Source: Octopus vulgaris
Taxonomy: Eukaryota
Reading direction: 5' to 3'
DNA: 64,000 nt
Assembly (NCBI GenBank): GCA_951406725.2
Contig: OX597820.1
Location: 117,118,001 to 117,182,000 of the forward strand
Shown: piece by piece, positions 13,345-25,526 of the stretch
How the letters are laid out: every line of letters begins with the position of its first letter
Position numbering within the stretch: the stretch's first letter is position 1
Program-made: the position numbers and the translations under genes
Notes under the pieces: generated by a model
Seen by the model: the letters and a program-made list of their open reading frames with translations, nothing else
What the model was told of the DNA's origin: nothing
Databases searched by the model: none

Positions 13345-13932
13345 TGCTTATTTAAGTCATTTGGTGGTGGCCATGCTGGGGCACCACCTTGAAGGGTTTA
13401 ATTCAACAAATCAACCCCAATACTGATTTTTAAATCTGGTACTTAACCTATCAGTCTCTTTTTCCAAACCACTAAGTCATGGGGATGTAAACAAACCAGC
13501 ACCAATTGTCAAGCAGTTGGTGAGACAAACGCACACATGTGCACACACACATGATGGGCTTCCACACAGCTTCTTATTTCTTTACTGCCCACAAGGGGCT
13601 ACACACAGAGGGGACAAACAAGGACAGACAAACGACCCCAGTGCATAACTGGTACTTATTTAATCGACCCTGAAAGGATGAAAGGCAAAGTCGACCTCGG
13701 CAGAATTTGAACTCAGAACGTAGCGACAGATGAAATACCACTTAGCATTTCGCACAGCATGGTAACGTTTTCTGCCAGCTCGCTGCCTTCACACAGCTTC
13801 TATCTATCAATTTCACTCTTGGGGCATTTATCTGCCTGGGGCTACAGTAGAAGACATTGCCCAAGGTGCCATGTAGTGGGACTGAACCTGAAACCATGTG
13901 GTCACAAAACAAGTTCCTTAACCACACAGCCA
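13345..13932 (-). mobile_element. SINE B with nested SINE A (13575-13789)
   Basis: 12-bp TSD CACACAGCTTCT at 13563-13574 and 13790-13801. Confidence 0.8.
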
Positions 13933-14437
13933 TACTGACATCTGTTTTACCAAATTGTAGAACTTGCAGGAGAATACAAGGACCAATGATAAAAGCCATA
14001 ATAACAAATTGAATAAACCTGCAAGCGGGTTTACTGGCAATTCTATAAAATCTCTTGATAATGGCACTGCTTCGGTTCCATTGCATTAAGTTTGTGACTC
14101 ATAAAATTCTTGAGTTTACGAAATCTTGTAAGTAGTTGGTAACTACGATTAGTCCACTTTTCATGGAACTTTTCAGCATCAATTGAGAATTATTGGTAGA
14201 ATTATCTGTGATTCTTTTGATTTAAGAGTGTCTTCTGTTGATTGAAGTGTTCAATACGGTCATCTGATTTGAATTGGATAACAAATCTTCTCTCTTTATG
14301 CACGTTTATCTTTATACATGCATGTATGTATATGTGCATGTGTGTGTATATGTGTGTATGCATGCATGCGTGTGTGGATGTGAGTGTGTATATGTGTGTA
14401 TGCACAAACACACAAACACACATACATATATATGTAT

Positions 14438-14631
14438 GAGTTGCGACGTCACTGGTTCCAAGCTGTATCGACCCTCGTCTTTCCCTTGGATAACACTGGT
14501 GGCGTGGTGAGGGGAGGCTGGTATGCATGGGCGACTGCTGGTCTTCCATAAACAACCTTGTCCGGACTTGTGTCTAGGAGGGTAACTTTCTAGGTGCAAT
14601 CCCATGGTCATTCATGACTGAAGGGGGTCTT
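14438..14631 (+). mobile_element. SINE family F, 3' part
   Basis: Homologous to 21318-21490 and, inverted, to 29595-29670. Confidence 0.65.
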
Positions 14632-14689
14632 TTACACATGTCTGTAACTTCATCATTTAACATCCAATTTTTCCATGCTATGTGTCAGA

Positions 14690-14880
14690 CTTACTTGTAC
14701 TTGTGATGGCATTCATCCATGGCGGGTTGAGCCGGCTTCTTCTTTGTTCCTGATGGCATCACGAACCATGGCTGCCCACGCTCGACGGTCCTGTGCGAGG
14801 TCACTGGAGATAGCGAGCCATTCATGGTTCCATCTGCGCAGACCGACCTCCTCAACGCATTAATCGGGTTCCTACAGCTG
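14690..14880 (-). mobile_element. RTE-clade LINE 3' end (second family)
   Basis: ...WLAISSDLAQDRRAWAAMVRD... followed by a CAAGTACAAGTAAGT tail. Confidence 0.6.
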
Positions 14881-15254
14881 GGTTCGTCATCGCCTGAGTC
14901 TCTGGCCCCTCACTTCGGTGCTTCTACAACGGCGCATAAGGTATGTGTCAGACAGAATTTGTTGAGGAAGATTTTTTTACAGCTGCCTGCCCTTTTCTGT
15001 TGGCGACCTTCTCCTGCTCCCAGGCAATGTAACATTTTCCCATGGCCAGGCATGTTTTCATGGAAGATTGGAAACGTATAGTCTTGCTTGTATAACAATA
15101 ATACTCATTATTCAATTAACATTACATAACGACCTACCTAACTACCTATATACATGTACGCATACATGCATACACATATGTATACATGCATGTATACATA
15201 CAAAGATATGTATATATATGCGTGCATGTGTTTGTGTGTGTATGTATATATATA

Positions 15255-15666
15255 CTCTTTACTCTTTTACTCTTTTACTTGTTTCAGTCATTTGACTGCG
15301 GCCATGCTGGAGCACCGCCTTTAGTTGAGCAAATCGACCCCGGGTCTTATTCTTTGTAAGTCCAGTACTTATTCTATCGGTCTCTTTTGCTGAACCGCTA
15401 AGTGACGGGGACATAAAAACACCAGCATCAGTTGTCAAGCAATGCTAGGGTGACAAACACAGACACACAAACACATACACACACACATATATATATACAT
15501 ATATACGACAGGCTTCTTTCAGTTTCCGTCTACCAAATCTACTCACAAGGCATTGGTCGGCCCGAGGCTATAGCAGAAGACACTTGCCCAAGATGCCACG
15601 CAGTGGGACTGAACCCGGAACCATGTGGTTGGTTAGCGAGCTACTTACCACACAGCCACTCCTGCA

Positions 15667-15668
<2 letters not shown>
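15255..15668 (-). mobile_element. SINE family B, full length
   Basis: Matches other B copies. Confidence 0.85.
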
Positions 15669-15702
<34 letters not shown>

Positions 15703-15705
<3 letters not shown>

Positions 15706-15913
15706 TCATCATCATCATCATCATTTAGCGTCCGTTTTCCATGCTAGCATGGGTTGGACGGTTCTGCTGGGGTCTGTGAAGCCAGAAGGCTTCATCAGGC
15801 CCAGTCAAATCTGGCAGTGTTTCTACGGCTGGATGCCCTTCCTAACGCCAACCACTCCGTGAGTGTAGTGGGTGCTTTTTACGTGCCACCCGCACTGGTG
15901 CCAGCCAGAGCTG

Positions 15914-15915
<2 letters not shown>
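15703..15915 (-). mobile_element. SINE family C ((GAT)n tail, RTE-type 3' end)
   Basis: Motif TTAGGAAGGGCATCC...GTAGAAAC and (GAT)n tail; more than 10 partial copies in the window. Confidence 0.75.
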
Positions 15916-16004
<89 letters not shown>

Positions 16005-16446
16005 TATATATATATACAATAAAAGCAATTAAGATTCAAGTCAATTCTAATGAATTCACTTGAATGCGGTACTTAACTTAGATGCACCAGAAAACTATAT
16101 GGTGTTAACCATATAGTAATGTGGGGTGATACTGGGTTTATCTGCTGCAATATTTGCAACTTTTAATAAAGCCTGTCTTTGTATGACCAACAATGTGTAA
16201 CTAAAAACTAATCCATTCTTGTTGCTTCTTTCTCGTTTATATATATATATATATATACTAAGCAATAAAGGGTTTAGCAACGAATTGCCTTACCACAGAC
16301 CGAATTTAGAAATAGCAGTCAAAGAGTTATAGCTATTTCTTCTACTAAAAAGGGAGATCTCAGTAAAAAACACAACAATTGGAAGGCAGACACAAACAGG
16401 TAAGAGAGAATGAATTGACGGCAATCTATCATACAATTTTAAGTTA

Positions 16447-16546
16447 TCTACGGACGCACGTTTCGAAATCAAGTTTTTAGGAAAGCATGAGAATTAAATA
16501 TTAAATAATTCTACGTTACCCAAACTTCTTTTCTCTTCAGCGTAGA
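16447..16546 (-). ncRNA. Type I hammerhead ribozyme, intact core
   Basis: Minus strand: TCTACG-CTGAAGA-GAAA...TTTC-GAAA-CGTGCG-TC-CGTAGA; 6-bp stem I and GUC cleavage triplet. Confidence 0.75.
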
Positions 16547-16862
16547 ATACTATAATCATAAGTGATTATATATTGAATTTTGAGATACTAGAAGGCACCA
16601 ACTCAACTCAGTATCAGAGCGAGCTAGAATCCGCAACTAGTATCACCAAACTCAAAGTGTTAATGAAAGGATTGTGTCACCAGCCCCTTCCCACCCGCGT
16701 GTAGCCAAAACAAGATGCTATGGTCATCTACTGAGATAAAATATGGTTATCCGTAATAATGAAGGGTGAAATTAATTAAGAGAAAACAAAGAGACAAGAT
16801 GAAACTAGTATTCGTATGTTGTATTTATATATATATGTATTTATGCTTCTCTTCTGTGTGTC

Positions 16863-16919
16863 TTCTACTCATGAGGCAAAGCATTCCTAAATGCAAAGTC
16901 AGAAATCCGGGATCTAGAA
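16863..16919 (+). ncRNA. Hammerhead ribozyme remnant (G5->C), inside a 32-bp inverted repeat (16779-16810/16936-16967)
   Basis: TTCTA-CTCATGA-GGC...GTCA-GAAA-TCCGGGA-TC-TAGAA. Confidence 0.6.
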
Positions 16920-17164
16920 TTATCCAGTAATTTTTTACTAGTTTCATCTTGTCTCTTTGTTTTCTCTCTGTGTTGATATATGGACAATTAAGGTGGTTTT
17001 AAAGTCAGGTCATGGCTGCTATTTTCATCAAGGTGGTATCTTGTAGATACCCTAATTTATAATTTTAATAATTATTACCTTTGAAGGTTATTTTTTTCCA
17101 TGCTGACCATTTGATAAAATCATTGTTTTATTTTATTTTTAAATTAACGATCTTATCCTTATTT

Positions 17165-17201
<37 letters not shown>

Positions 17202-17263
17202 AGAGTAAACACATAAATGTGAAACAAGGTGGAAAAAAGAGTACCGAAATACCAGTGGTAGAG

Positions 17264-17378
17264 TATGCTTTATTTAAAGCAGCAAAAAATTCAACAAAAC
17301 CTGTTACTCTGAGTTTCCCGTTGCAACGGGAAACTCAGAGTAACAGGTTTTGTTGAATTTTCTGCTGCTTTAAATAAA

Positions 17379-17383
<5 letters not shown>
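17264..17383. repeat. 120-bp loopless palindrome made of two hammerhead 3' halves
   Basis: Centre TTG|CAA; 2 mismatches across 60-bp arms; each arm reads GAAACTCAGAGTAACAGG outward. Confidence 0.85.
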
Positions 17384-17417
<34 letters not shown>

Positions 17418-17704
17418 TACACACACACACACATATATACATGCACACATGATGGCTGCAACTCAAGTTTCAAGCAATGTCATTCTGTGATTGTTCTCTT
17501 AATGCAGCGCAGATGTTGCCTTGTTAAGGACCTGCACACTTTTGCATGGAAGGGGCAATGAAGGACACCCCTTGCAGAGAGTTTATGAATCACCCACCCT
17601 GGGACTTGCCTATATTCCATCTTGGAATTTTTCATTGAATGTCCTAACTTTCTCAGTTATGGCCAAGTCATAGTATGTAACACGTAAATAGGTTTATAAA
17701 TCAT

Positions 17705-18050
17705 GGTACTCCGTCTGCTGCGACGACAAGGGTTCCAAGTGATCTGATCAACGGAACAGCCTGCTCTTGAAATTAATGTGCAAGTGGTTGAGCACTCCAC
17801 AGACAAGTGTACCCTTAATGTAGTTCTCAGGGAGATTCAGCATAACACAGAGTTTGACAAGGCTGGCCCTTTGATATGCAAATACAACAAAAACAGGAAG
17901 AAAGAGTGTGAGAAAGTTGTGGTGAAAGAGTACAGCAGGGTTCGCCACCAGCCCCCGCCAGAGCCTTGTGAAGCTTTAGGTGTTTTTGCTCAATAAACAC
18001 TCACAACGCCAGGTCTGGGAATCGAAACTGTGATTCCACAACTGCAAGTA
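17705..18050. mobile_element. SINE family E (+) abutting a SINE family D fragment (-)
   Basis: The same pairing recurs at 26933-27247; E also occurs at 45240-45385. Confidence 0.6.
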
Positions 18051-18358
18051 GAACTAATCTACATGGTTGGATGCAAATAAGGGCACAAGTGTTTTCCTTC
18101 AAATAATGGCACAGGGTTTTCCTTCTCCAAGTAAAATGCCTAAACAAAGGTTTGGGGTTTCTTACTCCCAGCTGTTGATTCTTCTGAACTCATCTGCCCT
18201 TTGATAGGTTTGGGTTTTCATCATGTAGGGTGTTCTGCAAAACCCACCCTCCTTATCAACCAAATGCGACAGGGTTGCCAGCTTAGCCACTGACAGTTCA
18301 ACCAAACACAAGTTGTACTGGTTTACATATTACTAATAGCATTAAGACTGACAGACAC

Positions 18359-18371
18359 ATCATCCATCCAT

Positions 18372-18407
<36 letters not shown>

Positions 18408-18565
18408 CCATCCATCTATCCATACATACATACATACGTACGTACATGCATACATACATACATACATACGTGCACACATCTAACATACCACCCATTTATC
18501 TATCTATCTATCTATCAACCTACCTACTTATCTATCTAACTATCTATCTATCTATCCATCTCTCA

Positions 18566-18634
<69 letters not shown>

Positions 18635-18680
18635 CCTACCTACCTACCTACCTACCTACCTACCTACCTACCTGCCTACG
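18359..18680. repeat. (CATC)n/(CATA)n/(TATC)n/(TACC)n microsatellite
   Basis: Directly visible. Confidence 0.95.
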
Positions 18681-18681
18681 T

Positions 18682-19854
18682 GCCTAGGAAGGGTGAATGG
18701 CACCGCGAGTGTTGCATTGCTCTCAAGCAACTATGCCGTTCCGGGTCAACCTTGAGTGACTTCAACACAACCAAAGCATTCTATAGGGGATTAGTGGAGG
18801 GGAGGTACGACGACAAGCTCAGGGCGAACCTGGACGTCGACGGGGAATACCTGACTCGCCTGTTCAGGATGATTTTTGGGCCAGGGCCCAAGGACAACTT
18901 CCAGAGATCCCTGGCCTGGCAGTGCTACCAAGAAGTGCTACCCGTTTGGGATAAGCTCTACAGACACGGCTCGAGAAACACGGGGCCAAACTGCCCGAGA
19001 TGCGGTCAGAGTGACGAAACCATTTTGCACGCACTTGTGCAGTGTCCAACAATTTCTGACCAGTGGGACTATGTCGAACAACTGCTGTCACGTGTGGGAC
19101 GAGTCAGTTTATCAGCCAAGTCTATCATCAATATTGTCACGCCTCCTTCCTTCAAACGGGAAGGAAGAGCTATTTTCATCATCCTTGTGGCTATGGCAAA
19201 AGAATGTTTCTGGTGGACACGTCTGAAAGGATTGGAGACTAACACTATCTTCTCTGGTCAATCTCTCATCAACTTCTTCAAGTATCACTTGAAAAGTGAG
19301 AGTAGAGAGGCAAGTTTTGTCTAGCGAATGTTTTAAAAAAAGATGAGTGAATGTAGCAAGGATGGCACGTATGAATGACGAAGCCACTTTGAGCATAATC
19401 CTATGAACCCAGAAATTGAAAACAGAGGGTTACCCACTTGCAAACAAATGTGGTAACATATAACAATATTGACCAAGGTTACCATGGTCTTTTTCGTAGG
19501 CTTTTCTTCCCACGGATAAACCTTACTTGCTTTCCCCTTTACACCATATATCATAACACTGTGATACAGGATCCCTATTGATCGTTTTTTTTCCCTCTTC
19601 CCCTTTTTATTCTTTTTTCATTTCTCTTTTCTTTTGTTCCTTTTCCTTTTCTTCTTTTTTTATTTTTATTTTTTTATTTTATATTTTATTTTTTTTGTTC
19701 TTTTCTTCCCTTTTACGATCCCTCTTGATCGAAAACCTACGCCCACCCTTTTTTTTGTTTCTTTTGTTTTTTGTTTTTTTCATCCCCCAAAAGAAAAGCT
19801 CTACCTTGTAACTTGTCCCATCTGTGTGCAGCCCTGTGTGGCCAATAAAGAAAC

Positions 19855-19855
<1 letters not shown>
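18682..19855 (+). mobile_element. 5'-truncated Tx1/L1-clade LINE (ORF2 C-terminus plus 3' UTR)
   Basis: CCHC knuckle CPRCGQSDETILHALVQC; closely similar to 62789-63877; ends with AATAAAGAAA. Confidence 0.85.
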
Positions 19856-19915
<60 letters not shown>

Positions 19916-19916
19916 C

Positions 19917-19949
<33 letters not shown>

Positions 19950-20070
19950 CCTACCTACCTACCTACTTACCTATCTATCTGTCTATCTATCTATCTATCT
20001 GTCTGTCTATCTGTCTATCTGTCTGTCTGTCTACCTACCTACCTACCTACCTACCTACCTACTAACCTAC

Positions 20071-20105
<35 letters not shown>
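19856..20105. repeat. (TATC)n/(TACC)n microsatellite
   Basis: Directly visible. Confidence 0.95.
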
Positions 20106-20107
<2 letters not shown>

Positions 20108-20744
20108 AATATGGCTATTTATCTGTCTATATTTGTGTGCGTATGTGTGTGAGTGTGCACGTATCTGAAACAAAATAGATTCTTGTTGGACTCTTTTTCA
20201 TAAAGCATACCGACATATTTACCAACCTACCTACCTACCTACCTACCTACCTACCTACCTACCAACCTACCTACCAACCTACCTATCTATCCATCCATCA
20301 TTCTATCAATCTATCCAACAGCAGTTAGTTTGTCAATCTACCTATCTATCTGACTATCAATCTATCTTTAATATACAAGCACACACACATATAGACACAC
20401 ACACACACACACACGCAGGTAAGCATTTAAAATATTCGCACACATAAACATATCCACATAAATATTTTATTTCCTACTAATGTACATTAGAGTATGTATT
20501 TCATAAAAGACCTCTTGCAGCAATTTTAGGTTTCCTATAAATATCAATGCTGATACTCATATAAATATTGTGATATTGAACACACACGTGCACTGTTGCA
20601 AAGATGCAGCCAATATGATTATGTGGATTTGCATTAAAAATATTACTTTCCCTCCTAAATTTATATTTTGTATTTCAATGAGATATCTTCTTCATTTTGA
20701 GAATAATAACTCATTGCTACGACTAACGTTTATTATTGGTGGTA

Positions 20745-21123
20745 GATAGGTGGTATTTTGTCTGCCGCTACATTCTAAGTTCAAATTCCGCCGAGGTCAA
20801 CTTTGCCTTTCATCCTTTCGGGGGTCGATTAAATAAGTACCAGTTATGCACTGGGGTTGATATAATCAACTTAATCCGTTTGTCTGTCCTTGTTTGTCCC
20901 CTCTGTGTTTAGCCCTTTGTGGGTAATAAAGAAATAGGTATTTTGTCTGGCGCTACGTTCTGAGTTCAAATTCTGCCGAGGTCAACTTTGCCTTTCATCC
21001 TTTCGGGGGTCGATTAAATAAGTACCAGTTATGCACTGGGGTTGATATAATCAACTTAATCCGTTTGTCTGTCCTTGTTTGTCCCCTCTGTGTTTAGCCC
21101 CTTGTGGGCAGTAAAGAAATAGG
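20745..21123 (+). mobile_element. SINE A headless tandem dimer
   Basis: Two ~186-bp units joined by AATAAAGAAATAGGTATTT. Confidence 0.8.
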
Positions 21124-21224
21124 TAGATAGATATGACTGTGTGGGAAAAAGTTTGCTTTCCAACCATCTGGATTCAAATTCAGTCTCACAGGGTGACATC
21201 TTGGGACAAGTATCTTTGTGTCTT

Positions 21225-21490
21225 CAGTGGTTAGAGCATTGGGCTTACAGATCAGGCCGTGTGTTGTGTTCTTGAGCAAGACACTTTATGTTGCTCCAGT
21301 TCACTCAGCTGCAGATATGAGTTGTGATGTCACTGGTGCCAGGCTGTATCGGCCCCTTTGCCCTTCCCTTGGATGACATCAGTGGTGTGGAGAAGGGGAG
21401 GCTGGTATGCATGGGCAACTGCTGGTCTGCCATAAACAACCTTACTCAGACTTGTGCCTTGGAGAGGAACTCTCTCGGTGCAATCGTATG
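21225..21490 (+). mobile_element. SINE family F nested in a SINE B head
   Basis: CAGTGGTTAGAGC A-box followed by CTTGAGCAAGACACTT core-like segment. Confidence 0.6.
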
Positions 21491-22104
21491 GTTGCTCAAC
21501 CCCAAGATGACCAAAGCCTTGTGAGTCAATTTGATAGACAAAAACTGAAAAAAGCCCAGCATACACACACACACACACACATATATACATGTTATTTTAT
21601 ATAAATAAATGGAGGTTCCAAGAACAAACAGGGCCAAATTTCAATGGGAGCAAACAATGTAAGATTTTCTTGGCCAAAAGGAGAATCTTGTAAAACTAAT
21701 TTGATCCAGGTGTTCTTTACAAAATTCCAAAAAAGCGATGTTTAGTCAGTGCCCTAATCAGAAGAAATTCATGTTAAAAACATGGAATTCCCTATTCACT
21801 GACTAGGGAAACGCTACCAGGCCTGGACATTTTAATCAGGCCTGTAGACACCTGATACCAGTCTTACAGGGATTACTTCATCTTGCCTCAGGCTTCACCA
21901 GTAAAATTTTTTGTTTAGGAAATTAATTGACAATGACGTTTTCCTCCCTCCAGTTGTAGAGAGGTTATGTGCCTCCAACAAATTGAGTCTGATGAGTCAC
22001 CTATACAGCTAAGTGCTTTATAGGTGCAATACCAAAGGTCACTGTCTGACTGGCCATAACAAACGACCATTTATATATACAATATATATATATATATATA
22101 TATA

Positions 22105-22737
22105 CTAGCAGTATCGCCCGGCGTTGCTCGGGTTTGTAAGGGAAATAACTATATAAGCATTTTTAGAGAGTTATAGCCAAAAAATAGCAAAAAATGCATT
22201 AAAAATGGAAAAAATATGATGGTAATTTTTTTTTAAATCGTTGACTCATCGTAGACATTTTTAGAGAGTTACTTCCCTTATATAATAGCGAAAAAATGCA
22301 TTAAAATGGAAAAAAAACGATGGTAAATTTTTTTTTAAATCGTAGACTCATGTAGACGCTTTCTTAGCCATTTCTGTTTTGGTGTCTTCAAGCCATGAAG
22401 TCGTTCTAAAAGAACGCTGGTCTCCTTGACAACGCATTACGACGTTGATTTCCTTACACTCCCTTCCCCACAGGTGCAGGTGTGAGCGTGGACGCCAACT
22501 CCGCCGCCATCGACACACGAAAAATTATGCATTAAAATGGAATAAAAAATGATGTTAAATTATTTTTAAAATCGTAGACTCATCGTAGACGCGCGCTAAT
22601 ATTCAGATGGGCTCGATATGAATCACGACTATAAGCTACCCGAATTTGGTTAAACTGCACCGCAAAATGTGGGAGTAGTTAGGAATCTAAATCGAAGGGG
22701 ACAGACACTCACACAACTACAGTTTTATATATATAGA
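22105..22737 (-). mobile_element. Non-autonomous Helitron
   Basis: On the minus strand: 5' TCTATATATATAAAA, 3' hairpin CCCGAGCAACGCCGGG then CTAG, inserted at A|T; relative at 42898-43289. Confidence 0.8.
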
Positions 22738-22872
22738 TATACATAGCGCAGTAGTGGTGAGATGTGACAGCAAAGAAAAGCATACATTCACTCTCTGCAT
22801 GCAATTAGACTCGGAAAGTTCGTGAGGAACCCATTGACCCAATTTGCTGACTTTTCCGATAGCACACAGGTC

Positions 22873-23181
22873 TCAATGAATGGTTGAATGACCAAATCCA
22901 AGCTTCTCTGCTAGTTCCTCAACAGTTACGATGAGATTTTGTTCCACCAGGGTTTTCAGGATGTCCTTGTCGAGTTCTACAGATCTTTCAGGATGAGGCT
23001 CGTCTTCTAGGCTGTAGTTTATGGCTCGGAATTTCTGGAACCACCATTGACACTGCCTTACGCTTATTGTCCAATCCCCATATACTGCATTAATATTTCT
23101 TGTACTTTCCGTTGCGTTGTTGTCTTTATTGAACTCATAAAGCAAAATATGCCAAATATGCTCCTTTGTTACTTCCAACAT
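22873..23181 (-). pseudogene. Mariner transposase N-terminal HTH region (truncated)
   Basis: HILLYEF...NINAVYG...QWWFQKFR...SLEDEPHPER...TVEELAEKLGFGHSTI is a typical Mos1/Hsmar-type DNA-binding domain. Confidence 0.8.
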
Positions 23182-23356
23182 AGCTTTGAAAAAAATAGCT
23201 GTTAAAATCGAAATGCACTCTTCAAAACTTGCACTATGAATAAGGACAAGATAAAATTACTACCTGCTTTTATAGCAAGTTAATATAAGTAGTTTATCCC
23301 ATTCCCCTCTGACTTTTAGTTCAAGCTGTTGAAAAAACCGCATTATTATATATATA

Positions 23357-23388
<32 letters not shown>

Positions 23389-23978
23389 CACACACACTCT
23401 CTCTCTCACACACATGCACACATTTATATTCTGTTATTCTTTTATATGTTTCAGCCTTGAGGTTGTGGCCATGCTGGATCATGTGTGTGTGTGTGTGTGT
23501 GTCTATCTGTCTGTCTGTCTGTATGTATATATGTATATGTATGTGTGTGAATAATAATATTTTCAACAGATGTGTTGCAAATGTATCTGATTGTTCTCAA
23601 GCTTCAAATTTACTCTCTTCCAAGAACATTTTCACTCACTCTTATTTGTTAGCTTCCCATACATTTTACTCATGTATCTATCAGCGTTCATGGACAGTAA
23701 CAAATATTACATCTAGTTTCATTTTATTCGTTGCCCACTGTGTGTGTGCGTTTGCGTGTGCTGTAAACCAGACTAAGAAAAGCATTTGACACACACACCA
23801 GAATGTGAGTTTTCTGTAAATTTTGCTTAATTGGAGTTTAAATTTTAAAAACTGGAGCTGGCATGACGCGATGCATTGTACTCTTAAAATTGCTAGGTAA
23901 ATTGTAATTGAAGAAATCCTATATTGTAGATTTGTATAACTCCCAAAGGGAGGCAGATAAAATCTGCCTTTTATAATA

Positions 23979-24047
<69 letters not shown>

Positions 24048-24306
24048 ATATATATATATATCAGTTTCCATGACTGACCACTAACTCAAGTTTTTTATTC
24101 TCTTTTTGTTTATTTCCTCATGTTCCTTTCTGTTGAAGTGTGTAGGCTCGAAGCGTGAACTACTTTCTCACCTTCCTGAGCATCAAACTAACACACCTGC
24201 TTCTTGTTTATACACCTGTCTTCGTCTTTTGTTTTTCAGTAAATTTCAACAATATATATATATATATATCTGTAAATATGATATGTGACAATTAGTCGGT
24301 AGCCAT

Positions 24307-24367
24307 GATGAAACTCCGAGTTTCGGATGTTGGGGCAGAAACCCATGCCAGAATCTCTTCAGTTATC
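24307..24367 (-). ncRNA. Type I hammerhead ribozyme (weakened stems)
   Basis: GATAA-CTGAAGA-GAT...ATCC-GAAA-CTCGGAG-TT-TCATC. Confidence 0.6.
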
Positions 24368-24554
24368 CGGCCATCGGAAAAATACTATGAAAATGACCGT
24401 TAAGCAAAGGGAAATTACTATGTTATTGACTGTTATTAAGACAGAAGAGCTATTTAGTGGTCATTCGAATAGCTCTTTTCTCTTAATAACGGTCAACCAC
24501 ACAGTAATTTCCCTTTGTTTAACAGTCATTTACATAGCATTTTTCCAATGACCG

Positions 24555-24615
24555 GATAACTGAAGAGAAGGCGGCATGGATTTCCACCTCAGCATTCGAA
24601 ACTCAGAGTTTTATC
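24555..24615 (+). ncRNA. Type I minimal hammerhead ribozyme, intact core
   Basis: GATAA-CTGAAGA-GAA...TTC-GAAA-CTCAGAG-TT-TTATC; quasi-palindromic stem III and GUU triplet. Confidence 0.75.
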
Positions 24616-24678
24616 ATGGCTACCGAATAATTGTCACATATTACATTTACAGTATATATATATATATATATATACATA

Positions 24679-24723
<45 letters not shown>

Positions 24724-25395
24724 TTAACGTCTATCTTCCATACATGCATAGGTTGGATGGTTGACAAGAGTGGGACAGGTAGGAAAACTACCTCCAGGCT
24801 ACTGAGTCTGTTTTGGCAGGGATTTTACGGCTGGATGCCCTTCCTAACACCAACCACTCTGTCTGACCAAGAGGAAATATTACCTTGCTTGGAAACAGGT
24901 GAGGGTTGGCAACAAGAAGGATATCAGGCCAAAGGTAAAAATTTGCCTCAGCAAAATTCTATCTGACCCATGCATGGAAAAGTGGACAGTAAAATGAAAA
25001 TGATGATGATGATGATGATGCTGATGATGAAAAATTTTTTGTAGAATGGTATTTGGAGACAATGACCAGAAGAGAGTAAAAGCAAAAGAGATTAAGTTGT
25101 CTGATTTTGAGGTGATGGTGAGAGTGGTGGGGGGAGTGGGGATGAGGTAGTGATTGGAAAGAAAACATATTTGTGTTTGTGGGTGGGACTGGGTATGGGG
25201 TGGGGGTGCTCAGCATCATGTGTTGGGTAGTCAAAGTATCAGAAAAGTATGGTGGTTACTGGTGTGGGAGTGGGGTGGGGACTGGGTGGCAAGTGGATAC
25301 TGGTATGCAGGAAGTTGTTAATCTGAAAAACATATGTTAGTCGGCTTGTGGAAGGGGAGAACAACTGCAGGCATATGGACGTGTATATATATATG

Positions 25396-25472
<77 letters not shown>

Positions 25473-25487
25473 GTATATATATGTATA

Positions 25488-25526
<39 letters not shown>

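Larger units (their letters stand above)
24270..24652. mobile_element. (TA)n-flanked ~380-bp imperfect palindrome with one hammerhead per arm (Penelope pLTR-like)
   Basis: Arms of about 185 bp meet around 24454-24465; both HHRs point outward. Confidence 0.75.

Noticed and set aside
13951-14086. MQWNRSS...FIQFVIMAFIIGPCILLQVLQF as first exon of a type II membrane protein
   Set aside because: Weak donor (GTAAAA); the in-phase downstream open stretch looks like a PLE RT relic; no homology recognised
17705-17880. Possible HDV-like ribozyme at the 5' end of family E
   Set aside because: Could not build the nested double pseudoknot by eye; needs a descriptor search
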